IMG/VR virus record: IMGVR_UViG_3300050821_002957
Span: 248,001-312,000 of that record
Strand: one strand, 5' to 3'
DNA: 64,000 nucleotides
The position numbers and the translations under genes were made by a program. Below are positions 45,991 to 55,111 of the stretch, piece after piece (within the stretch, counting starts at the first letter, position 1; every line of letters begins with the position of its first letter). The notes under the pieces are model-generated. The model ran no database searches and was not told where the DNA came from. It saw only the letters and a program-made list of their open reading frames with translations.

Positions 45991-46521
45991 GTGTCGGTGT
46001 TAAGGCACACCGAGCAGGCCGCAAGATTTTGTTACTGATCAATACCTGCTAAGAACCAGGATGTTTAAGAACTTATCCTTGAGAAAGCTCCGTTGTAGGC
46101 GACACGGCTTCCCTGAGAGTCAGAGTTACTTCAGCTACTCCTGATGGTATGGTGACTCAGCTACCCCGACTTTTTAGTGATCGGCTCCATTCCGGTATTC
46201 GATTCGGCAACGACAGATTCCGACTCTGCAACGTTCTGCTTCTTTTCGATGAGAAGCAAAAATCATAAAAACTCAAAATGACCAGAGGACCCTCAGCAGT
46301 GAGCGCAGATCCCACGTTCGCATACAAGCGTCAATGACAAGTTTTATCCAACGAGCCATTGTCTTGTACGTTGGCTCACCGTCGAGTGCGCTATCCAGTT
46401 CGACACACTCACCTGCGGTTCTAATGACTTTCGTCTCCCGCTGGCCCTATCATCGCCTCACACTTCCGTGTGTTTCAACATCCTGGTCATCTCAAGGGCG
46501 ACAGCCTTGCGGCCACGACAC
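45991..46521 (-). ncRNA. Large pseudoknotted ncRNA, ROOL-like (~530 nt)
   Basis: Long-range pairs 45991-96:46516-21, 46017-25:46506-14, 46055-65:46477-87 and 46077-84:46490-97 (last two cross); lies in a tRNA cluster; family name is an inference. Confidence 0.65.
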
Positions 46522-46768
46522 CCCACCAGCTTTTTTACTGTGTACTGATCACAGGGAGAGCTAGAACGACTTTCGCCGCCCCACACCTACCGCCACTGGT
46601 CGAGACTTCTACATGCGACCAGCCATGTCGCTAAAAGGGGCACTACGAGTAGATGCCCTCCACCACGTTGTTCTTTTACGTCCAACAACGAAACGACTTA
46701 GACCCATAACTCTGACCGGAAATCAGAACTATGATCCACACTCCCCGGTGGAAGCCGGGAAGACTTTG

Positions 46769-46855
46769 AATGTGAACTAATAATTGACAAGGGATTATAG
46801 CCCCGAAGGACCATTTCACCATTTGAAAGATAACCCTCATCTTCCGGCTCACATC
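46769..46855 (-). ncRNA. Y-RNA-like RNA 2
   Basis: GAUGUGAGC-C-GGAAGAUGAGGGUUAUCUUUC...AUUAGUUCACAUU. Confidence 0.68.
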
Positions 46856-46864
46856 ACGAAATAC

Positions 46865-46963
46865 GGCTGCTTGTCCTACCATTAGACGACCGGATCTGCC
46901 GACGCTTTACGCCATGAGAGCAGATTGGACTCCGACCGGGACTCGAACCCGGATTTCTCAGCT
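46865..46963 (-). ncRNA. Circularly permuted tRNA-like module (YrlA-type T-acceptor-D order) 1
   Basis: CCGGG-UUCGAGU-CCCGG, then UCGGAGUCCA, linker hairpin, UCCGG-UC-GUCUAAUGGUAGGAC; closed by GCUG/CAGC. Confidence 0.8.
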
Positions 46964-46971
46964 AGACGAAT

Positions 46972-46996
46972 GACGGAGCATAGTGCGCTCTACGTC
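46972..46996 (-). repeat. Conserved bulged hairpin, copy 1 of 3 (others 58131..58157, 58628..58654)
   Basis: (GA)ACG-UM-GAGCG-CASUR-UGCUC-CGU. Confidence 0.8.
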
Positions 46997-47001
46997 GGAA
47001 T

Positions 47002-47078
47002 TGGTGGATACACATGGGAATTGAACCCATAACCTTCTCGGTGCAAGCGAGTTGCTCTCCCAATTGAGCTAGTGACCC
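47002..47078 (-). tRNA. tRNA-Ala(TGC) with a 1-nt bulge in the acceptor stem
   Basis: GGGTCAC / GTG-T-ATCC, G3.U70, loop CTTGCAC, ACCA. Confidence 0.9.
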
Positions 47079-47085
47079 ATAACTT

Positions 47086-47162
47086 TGTACCTCGAACAAA
47101 TAAGTATCAGAGGGCTTGTCATTAGGAAAGATAACCCTCTAAATCCGGCTCGAAGCACTACA
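47086..47162 (-). ncRNA. Y-RNA-like RNA 3
   Basis: GCUUCGAGC-C-GGAUUUAGAGGGUUAUCUUUC...AUUUGUUCGAGGU. Confidence 0.72.
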
Positions 47163-47169
47163 AAACTTT

Positions 47170-47248
47170 TGGTGGATCGCCAGGGATTTGAACCCTGCTG
47201 TTATCCTCGGTGCAAGCGAGGCAAACACCCCAAGCATTTCCGCAACCC
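47170..47248 (-). tRNA. tRNA-Ala(TGC), non-canonical 6-bp D stem
   Basis: GGGTTGC/GCGATCC with G3.U70; AAATGC-TTGGG-GTGTTT D arm; CCTCG-CTTGCAC-CGAGG. Confidence 0.85.
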
Positions 47249-47256
47249 ACATTTAA

Positions 47257-47466
47257 ATAGCACGAACAAATAGCGGTAGAAGACTGATAGGAGACTGCAT
47301 TTAACGCACCCTCGGATTGGATACCGATCAGATACGCTTCAAACTCCCCTCCTCAAAGTTACGGGCGTCTTTTACTACACGTACAACGAACTGCTTTGTG
47401 CCCACCAAATACTGCCGGTGAACTTTGTCATGGTTAGGTAACCTTCCAACCAGCGGCTCGTGCTAT
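47257..47466 (-). ncRNA. Y-RNA-like RNA 4 (long internal domain)
   Basis: AUAGCACGAGC-C-GC...GAAGGUUACC...AUUUGUUCGUGCUAU. Confidence 0.7.
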
Positions 47467-47468
47467 GT

Positions 47469-47530
47469 CGAAACAGAACGAAACAGAACGAAACAGAACG
47501 AAACAGTGCTCAACGATGCGAAACAGTGCG
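47469..47530. repeat. 10-bp tandem repeat CGAAACAGAA x3 plus two CGAAACAGTG variants
   Basis: Read directly from sequence. Confidence 0.9.
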
Positions 47531-48220
47531 TTAGGTCAAAGATCGTATTCTTTATCTATACACGCTACAGTTTGCTTTCAATAGCGCCTTTGACTCTTTC
47601 AGTCTAACATCCTTAGTATGGGATGTCAAGTGCCACGAACATAATAATTTCATCTTCGTCTTTTTTGCGACGAGCAGCAGCTTCTTTCTCAGTCAACACC
47701 AGAGGAGACGGATTGCCTTCGACTTTGATATTCACTGATAAACCTTGCTGGAGCCATCCAGATACTTCATCGGGCGGCGTCTCGACAAATGCCTGATCAC
47801 ACGCCTTCTGAATTTCGACATTGCGTATTGCAGCAAGCGGTTTGCCGGATGGCGTCATGATGTCTACGTTACAAAGAAGCATGTTTATCTACCAACTGCT
47901 ACGGCTGAAATTCCGATAACACTTTCAATATTGTACAACAGACGAGCGGCTTCTGACAATTCTGAGCCGGTGCGATCCAGTGTAGCATGGACGCCGGTCG
48001 GATCAGAATCAGCTTTTGAGTCATCGTCTTCTCCGGTGTATTGAAGAACATCTAACACCGTTTTTAAGCGACGAGCCAACATCCTAGCCAATTGCAAATT
48101 TGCATCCGAAGAAGATTGAATTGTCGTTGGTTCGTGGTTCTTTTCTGCTGGACCGTCAACAACTAATCCAAACTTCTCTAATAAAACTTTGTTTCCTTTC
48201 TTTCCTGTATTCATAATTTT

Positions 48221-48296
48221 TGGTTGGCCCAGATGGAATCGAACCATCAACCTCAGAATTATCAGTTCTGCGCTCTACCAATTGAGCTATGGGCCA
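48221..48296 (-). tRNA. tRNA-Ile(GAT)
   Basis: TGGCCCA/TGGGCCA, CAGAA-CTGATAA-TTCTG, ACCA. Confidence 0.95.
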
Positions 48297-48381
48297 ACAT
48301 ACTCAGAAGTAGTTATACTAGCGGCGAATCATTAGTGGAGGCCCAATAATCCGCCGCCAGTTTTACAGAATCAACCAAAAA

Positions 48382-50175
48382 CTACTCTTCGGTCTCTTCT
48401 GCGATCCCAGCACTTGAACCACGAATAAAATCCGTAACCAATGCTGGAACATTCGAGTCGAACCCAACGATGTCCAAAGAATACGGGTCCTTCGGATCTG
48501 CGATGGTAAATTGCGTAGAAACCATTCCCATCACGATCAGGCGCACATCATCCTGCCCACGATGCTTACGATACTGCTTGAGAGCCTGCGACGGTTGCAT
48601 TTGTCCAGCCCAAGTCTCATTATCCGTGATCACCATGAAAGCGTCTGCGTCGATGCCAGCCTTTTGAGCGTGAAGCATCGGTGCAGCACAATCGGTTCCA
48701 CCAGCCGACATGCGAGAGGTCTTTGCCAACGCAGTCTTCAGAGTGTCCTTTGCGGTGATGCCAATTTCCTGCATTCCCGTAGAAAATGCATAGATAGCGT
48801 AATTCGGTTCCGTGCGAGCCACAACCATCGCCATTGCTGCGCCTGCTTGTGCTGCCGTGATTCCGGTGCCTTGGATGATGCTGGACGCCCACGACATAGA
48901 ACCAGAAACGTCCATGCCAATGTACGTAGCCTTACCAGTCGGAATTGCGTTTGCGAATGCCAAGTAGAACGTGTTCTCTAAAGCGTCCACAATGGTCGGT
49001 ACAACGGTCCAGGTCGCATCGCTGCGCTGACCGTGGCCTTGGCCGTAGGTGCCTTGTGCCAACAATACCTGGAGCGGGTGAATCTTGCTCTTCTTGACGT
49101 AGGCTTCATCGTTCAAACGAGACACGACGAGCTTCGATGCTGCCGACAGCGGCTTCAAGAGACCAATCTTCGACATGGTTCCAAGATTACGAACCATTGC
49201 AGTTACCGGCATCTTCTGAAGCAGAGCTTCCCAGACTTCCGGTTGCGTCTTAAACTGCGTCGGAATCATTTCGTGAGTCAATCCACCGTCGATGATGCAC
49301 TTTACGATAGTGCTCGTATCCGTCGCCTTCTTTGCGGTTTCATAGGCGGTGATCAACTTCGGTGCGTTCGATCCGGTCAACAAATCATAAGCGTTCTGAT
49401 AGCGAGCACGCTGATTCTGAATTTCCGCAGAAGTCAGATCAGTCGTGCGATGGCTGTTGCCCTGCCACTTCTTGACAGAACGAGTCCAGTTCTGAGCAGC
49501 TTCGTTCAAGGCATCGAGACCACCGAAACGACCCCAAGCCAGCAAAGCACTCTTCATCGGATCAGTCGCCTTGACGTGTGCGAGGCTGACGAGATCACGA
49601 GTGGACCAGCCATCACGCTGTTGATACTTCGCCAACTGATAAGCCAGCGAATCTTCCGTGCGTTCGGTGTACCAGTTGCCGATTGCAGTCTTTACACCAC
49701 GACCGTATCCACGCATGGAATCGAGGTACTCGTTGAAGTGGAACATGTGAGTACCGATACGTGCAACCTTGCTCAATTGCGACAGAGCATAAGCAGCAGT
49801 TTCAGCCGAACCAAAATTCGGTGTTGCGGCAACTGCCAGGGCAAACAATGCCGGATCGTTCTTCGGAGCACGGCCTGCTTGCGAAATGTTGACGATCATA
49901 TCGACCGTGCGCTTTCCATCCAACTGCAAGCACGCACGAACGTTCGCTGCGTTGTCTACAGTCATCTTCTTGGCAGATGCATAGTACGTCGGCGCATCGC
50001 TACCGAGAATCAAAAATCGTTCGAGCATCTGGAAGGGAGTGATGGTGAAGGTGTATCCACCAGCGTTGTTCTGCTTCATCTCTGCTTCCCGGCCCGGAAT
50101 TGCCTGCGACTGTGATGTCTTCTTGCCGCTTAATACCGTTGCGTAATTGCTCTTTGCTGATCCTGCCTTTGCCAT
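48382..50175 (-). CDS. rsr: Ro60/Rsr TROVE-domain RNA-binding protein
   Basis: NNAGGY, RFLILGS, GRAPKNDPALFALA, KYQQRDGWS, RNLG.M, IHP, vWA DVSGSM, TDNETW, GFD; AGGAGA SD before ATG 50175. Confidence 0.95.
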   Translation of the reverse strand: MAKAGSAKSNYATVLSGKKTSQSQAIPGREAEMKQNNAGGYTFTITPFQMLERFLILGSDAPTYYASAKKMTVDNAANVRACLQLDGKRTVDMIVNISQAGRAPKNDPALFALAVAATPNFGSAETAAYALSQLSKVARIGTHMFHFNEYLDSMRGYGRGVKTAIGNWYTERTEDSLAYQLAKYQQRDGWSTRDLVSLAHVKATDPMKSALLAWGRFGGLDALNEAAQNWTRSVKKWQGNSHRTTDLTSAEIQNQRARYQNAYDLLTGSNAPKLITAYETAKKATDTSTIVKCIIDGGLTHEMIPTQFKTQPEVWEALLQKMPVTAMVRNLGTMSKIGLLKPLSAASKLVVSRLNDEAYVKKSKIHPLQVLLAQGTYGQGHGQRSDATWTVVPTIVDALENTFYLAFANAIPTGKATYIGMDVSGSMSWASSIIQGTGITAAQAGAAMAMVVARTEPNYAIYAFSTGMQEIGITAKDTLKTALAKTSRMSAGGTDCAAPMLHAQKAGIDADAFMVITDNETWAGQMQPSQALKQYRKHRGQDDVRLIVMGMVSTQFTIADPKDPYSLDIVGFDSNVPALVTDFIRGSSAGIAEETEE

Positions 50176-50250
50176 ATCATTATCTCCTATGATACCTAAT
50201 TTTTTCGACTTCACCAGAATAACACATGCCTGATTGTTGTCAAGCATGTA

Positions 50251-50589
50251 TTATCCAATATCACCTGCTCCATCTTTGTGACGTAAGATCACTTCTTCAG
50301 CGATCATGTACGCCAAGACTGCAAGCTGTTCGTAATACTTCATGGTCATATCGATGATTTCGTCGATCTGACTACGTGTTGCGATGATACGAACCGGAAT
50401 CATTCGTTCCTCAAACAGCGTCTCTTTAAAAATCCACTGTCCTTTCGCAACCGGCATGATCGTCAAACCACCAGAAATTGTACGCACCTTTTCATCCCAG
50501 ATTTTGTGGAATCTGGTTCTGATCGGACGACCGTCATTCCGCATTGTCGGAACGAGAATCTCCCACATCGATTTTTTGGTGCTATTCAC
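50251..50589 (-). CDS. Hypothetical phage protein upstream of rsr
   Basis: WEILVPT..GGLTI...KGQW..ERMIPVRI; leaderless promoter with palindrome. Confidence 0.6.
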   Translation of the reverse strand: MNSTKKSMWEILVPTMRNDGRPIRTRFHKIWDEKVRTISGGLTIMPVAKGQWIFKETLFEERMIPVRIIATRSQIDEIIDMTMKYYEQLAVLAYMIAEEVILRHKDGAGDIG

Positions 50590-51097
50590 ACACCCACCAT
50601 AACATGTAGATGTGTCTTTGTCAAACTACCAATTCAAATTGTTCGAGGTCCCCGGTCACATAGCTGCCCGTTTCAAGTTGAGCCGTCCAGTGATCAGGAT
50701 GAAGTACGTATGATTCGGAAGTTGGATTCCAAATTTTATACCGCTCAGTTACCACGCCTGCGATTATATAGGCACACTGAAAATTACAGCCAGGACAACG
50801 TTCGGTTTTGGTTCCATCCCAGCCGCCATGATAGAGGATCTTGACGCCGGGTTTCATTTGGTCGAGGATCATGAAATACTCACACTATCGGCTAACACCA
50901 TCAATTCTCATGAGTTTGCCTCTTAATGTCCGGTGCTATCAGTTCTATGAGCTTGTCCAGTTGAGGCCGAATGGTGTCTAGGTCAACTTTCGTGTAACCC
51001 TTTTGCATCATTGCGTCTACCATTTCATATGCCGTAGTTGTGATCTCGTACAATTCTTCTGTCAGATCGCTTTGGTAGACGTACTCGCCCCAATCTC

Positions 51098-52207
51098 TCA
51101 TCTGATTTCCCCACCAATCTCTGCAACCAGTTTACGAATTGCATCGCCCTCAGGACCGGCCCAACGGCGCTTCAGGTCTTCGTCAACATCTTTGGACTTA
51201 TTACGCCAGTCGTCAATCGCTAATTTTTGTTTTTTAAGAAACGGATTGCCCTTTTTGATTTGTTCCGAAAGACCATCCCAGTCAATCAGGCCACCGCCGT
51301 TGATGTCAAAACTTACTTCAATTGCAATTTTGAAGCGACCATCGGTGTCATCAAGGTATTCTGTGTCGATAGCATCTTTTAGAGATAAGTGTGTCGGAAG
51401 AGAAATGTATCCAAACCGTTCTTCACGAACAATGATGCCTTCGTCAATTCGACTAATATTGAAATACTGGATTTTCCAGCTTGTATCGTCGCCCCAATAA
51501 CAACCAGCGACAAATGCGTGCTTCGGAGGAAGAATTACACTCCCATAAGCATAGTCTTTTTTTGGTCCCCAGACCCATCGATATTCATCACGTTCGTATG
51601 AAGTTCCAGCGTCGTTTATTTTGCCGGTGTACGCCCGGACTCTGGTTCCGTCTTCGTAATAGATGATTTTCCGACCAGACATTTTTGAACTAATGTCACC
51701 GATACGAGCACCTGGAGGAAATTTTTCGAGTAAGTTCTTCCAATCATTCTCCGAATAATCGTCTTCGCTAACATGCTGCCGAATCGTAGGAATGTACAAC
51801 TCGACTGGACAAAACCCATCACTGTCTTTTTCTTCCCCGCCGATGTCTTTGATGCCGACACCAGGAGTGATTTCTAAGACACGAGTGCCGGTATAGTGTG
51901 GAGAGTAGAGAGCATAATACTTGTCGCCTTTCCGAGTGACCGCAAAGGTTTCAGAGAAAGCATGATAGTTGCGTATGTACTCACCGATCAGATAAGGATC
52001 TTGTCCTTGTGCGTCCTGTTGAAAGACCCCGATCTTCTGATAAGACCAACAGCCTTTACCTTTGTCGATTTGGTCGATTACTTTAGCCGTAAAGGATGGA
52101 TATTCTTTTAAATACCCATCCTCATCTTGCGGAGCCACAGGCGTAGGAATCTGAACGGTGACCGAAGGGATCACCGTGTTCGATTTTCTATTGAAAGACC
52201 AGAACAT
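51098..52207 (-). CDS. Hypothetical protein
   Basis: 369-aa ORF directly downstream of clpP. Confidence 0.6.
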   Translation of the reverse strand: MFWSFNRKSNTVIPSVTVQIPTPVAPQDEDGYLKEYPSFTAKVIDQIDKGKGCWSYQKIGVFQQDAQGQDPYLIGEYIRNYHAFSETFAVTRKGDKYYALYSPHYTGTRVLEITPGVGIKDIGGEEKDSDGFCPVELYIPTIRQHVSEDDYSENDWKNLLEKFPPGARIGDISSKMSGRKIIYYEDGTRVRAYTGKINDAGTSYERDEYRWVWGPKKDYAYGSVILPPKHAFVAGCYWGDDTSWKIQYFNISRIDEGIIVREERFGYISLPTHLSLKDAIDTEYLDDTDGRFKIAIEVSFDINGGGLIDWDGLSEQIKKGNPFLKKQKLAIDDWRNKSKDVDEDLKRRWAGPEGDAIRKLVAEIGGEIR

Positions 52208-52209
52208 TA

Positions 52210-52809
52210 CTACTCTTCTCTCGGACGAGGCTTGACGATCTTGTCGATGATGCCGTATGCCAGTGCTTCTTCGGCATCCATGATGTAGTCACGCTCAAGA
52301 TCCTTCTCGATGCGCTCAATCGGCTGACTTGTCAAATCAACCATCATGTTGACCAGACGCTTCTTGGTCTTTAAAATATGTTCGGCGTAGATCGCAATGT
52401 CTGTAGCCTGTCCACCAAGACCGTACATCGACGGCTGGTGAATCATGACCTCAGCACCAGGAAGAGCAAACCGCTTGCCCTTGGTGCCACACATCAAGAT
52501 TGATGCACCCATCGAAGCTGCACGACCGACACAGGTAGTCTTGATATCGACACCGACGAGGTTCATGGTATCAATGATTGCCATGCCTGCGGAGATCGAT
52601 CCACCCGGCGAATTGATGTAAATCTGAATGTCTTTCTCAGGATTTTCGGTCGAGAGATAAAGTAACTGTGCGACGACAGCGTTCGCAACATAGTCATCAA
52701 TCGGTGTTCCCAAGAAAATGATATTGTCTTTCAACAGACGTGAGTAAATATCATACGCACGTTCACCCTTGTGATCCGATTCGATTACGATTGGAGTAAG
52801 CATTGACAT
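52210..52809 (-). CDS. clpP: ATP-dependent Clp protease proteolytic subunit
   Basis: [23 protein letters not shown] (Ser), MIHQP (His), ERD (Asp). Confidence 0.97.
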   Translation of the reverse strand: MSMLTPIVIESDHKGERAYDIYSRLLKDNIIFLGTPIDDYVANAVVAQLLYLSTENPEKDIQIYINSPGGSISAGMAIIDTMNLVGVDIKTTCVGRAASMGASILMCGTKGKRFALPGAEVMIHQPSMYGLGGQATDIAIYAEHILKTKKRLVNMMVDLTSQPIERIEKDLERDYIMDAEEALAYGIIDKIVKPRPREE

Positions 52810-53451
52810 GATGGTTTTTATTGTTCCTTTTTGAAGGGGCGACCGTCAAGCCGCCCGTATGAAGCCGAGCGTGACAAAAAACACGGCGAAGAGCGCAGAG
52901 GCCCATCCGTAATTCTCGCCTTCAGCTAAAGCAACAACGACACAGATGGCGACGAAAATTCCGAGCCATACACCGACGAAGGCTAGACTGCCAAAAGCAA
53001 CCACGCCTCCCAAAGTCAAAAGTTCTATCATTTTATTTTCCCTTTCTCTACTTCAAATTCAGATCCTTACGAATCTTGTCAATCTTGTTATTGGTAACTC
53101 GATTGTACTCGGACATGATGCGTTTCATAATCGTCCTGAACGATATCTGCACGATCAAAAAAAACATCGCTAACGGCCAGCAAATGACATCATAAGCAAT
53201 TTCCCCACGAAAATCAATTGCTTTCGGTGGTACAGCTTTTAGACGTATGTTGTTTTTTACATAATTCCGCCATTCATAGATGAGAAACTCTGGGATATTT
53301 TCACCCCGAATCCTATGAAACAACAAGAATCGTGCTCGTTCTGCCTCATAGAATCCAATCTCATCATCGACGTACAGCTTCCACCTGATGAACCCCCATA
53401 AAAAACCCACGGCTGCATAACCAAACACAGCCAGGACATAGTAAAAAATTT

Positions 53452-53988
53452 TCATTGCGGCTCGAAGAGAATGACGTGTATGTTATCAAGCTCCTGTAGT
53501 CTATCATAAACCAATGCCTTTACGTCAACAAAATTCAGACCACCATTCGCACAACCTAACGCAGGCATCGCAAGAGACTTGATGAGTAAACCTGACTTCA
53601 GCCGGTCCTTCAAATCATCGAGGCCAGCGGCGATCCATTCTAGTTTTGATCCATTTCTCCAATCGTCTTTCGTCGGAAAATTGATAATGAATTCGTTGAT
53701 CTGAGATGTTTGATAGTGTTCACATCCGCAGGCACACCACAACCCCTGATCATGGGCGTCAAAATCACATTCACAAAGACAGTCAGGGATTTCATGCCAA
53801 ACCCAAACCTTACCAGTCTGAATGTACTTGCGAGCGCACAATTTCCTGTATTCGACGTACATGTCAGGATAACGCTGCTTGAACTGGAGTGCGATACCTT
53901 TGCCCATCACGCCGACACAATTCACAGTGTTGACGATAGCTTGTGCGCCGCAGTCGAAGAGGTTACCAGTCGTTCGTGTTTCGATCAT
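53452..53988 (-). CDS. Macrodomain protein (DarG-like) with Cys-rich insertion
   Basis: GNLF, AIVNTVNCVGVMGKGIALQFK, IINFPTK, PALGC.NGGL. Confidence 0.9.
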   Translation of the reverse strand: MIETRTTGNLFDCGAQAIVNTVNCVGVMGKGIALQFKQRYPDMYVEYRKLCARKYIQTGKVWVWHEIPDCLCECDFDAHDQGLWCACGCEHYQTSQINEFIINFPTKDDWRNGSKLEWIAAGLDDLKDRLKSGLLIKSLAMPALGCANGGLNFVDVKALVYDRLQELDNIHVILFEPQ

Positions 53989-55111
53989 TTTCTTTTCAGT
54001 TTCTTTTCTAGCCTACGAATTTCTTTTCGGGTTTCCGTTTCTTTAGCTTGGTTTCTCAAGTCTTCGAGATACTCTTCGTCGGTCGTATAGGTGTTGTAGC
54101 CACAATCCAGACATGTTTCTGTGTACTGCTGAATTCGATTATGTGGACAATCAAGAAAACTGATCATTCACCTAACTCCACTAGATCGTAAAGAAGCTGG
54201 TTCAACTGATTGACCGGCATCGTCTGACCAAGAATATTATCAACATTCACACCAAAGCCTACGGCCCATTGCCAACGAGCACCGGATGGAGCTTTCGAGA
54301 CAATCACACGAAATTTCTTTTCGTCACGAACACTCTCAATAATGTGAAGGTCAATTTCAGAATTCATTTTTATCTCGATAGGTGACAACAGGCCGAATGC
54401 CGCCCAATTCGACATTCAACTTCACGCCTTCCGGTTGATCACGTGGCCGCTGACATAGCCGACCGAAATGATTTTATCAACATTGATGTTATTGCGCCGC
54501 AGGTATTCTTGGAGCGCATCAATCAATTGTTCTTGTGACAGACGAATTTCTGACTGGATTGTAATGGGGTTCTTTTGGGGATACATCATGCCTCCTCTTC
54601 AGTGAGCTTGCGAAAATTTTCTTCATGATAACCGAAGAGCACTCGACCATCTTTTAAAGCAATGGCTACGTGACCCGGCATCTGTTCGATCTCGCCAAGC
54701 ATGAGTACAGTGTCGCCATTCTTGAAAGGATAGTCAAAGCCTTCAGGAAGGGCGTTGACCTCGCAAAGATATGGACGTTTGAGTGGCTTGTGCCTATAAT
54801 ATTTTTCGTTCATTCTAAACTTCCTATGAGTTCGAGGAACAATGGCAAGCTGTCTTCACACTCGACAATGTATCCGTCATCGTCCAATTTTCCTTTGAGG
54901 ATACCAGCTTTGATCAGAGCCGCCTCAGGATCAGATTTCCATCCGCTGTTTCCGAACGGACGTTTCCCAGAGAAGCCTTCTTCTTTGATCATCAGTTGGA
55001 TCAACAATTCTTTCATCCATTCGAGGATCGTCACTTCTCGTTGCAGATCATCAGAATGAAAAAGAAGATACCCCGCTTGCTTCAGCACTTCCGATGTGTA
55101 CTTTACGGTCT

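Noticed and set aside
46596-46624. Vertebrate-like Y RNA (GGCUGGUC...CGACCAG)
   Set aside because: Short simple hairpin without a bulged C; probably chance
46865-46963. Permuted two-piece tmRNA
   Set aside because: No Ala-type acceptor with G3.U70, the D stem is intact, and no tag reading frame was recognised
47469-47530. CRISPR array
   Set aside because: 10-bp units with no spacers; no cas genes or repeat-spacer pattern in the window
49033-50115. 360-aa plus-strand ORF
   Set aside because: Antisense shadow of rsr; the same applies to ORFs opposite GP88, ParB and 40613..41710
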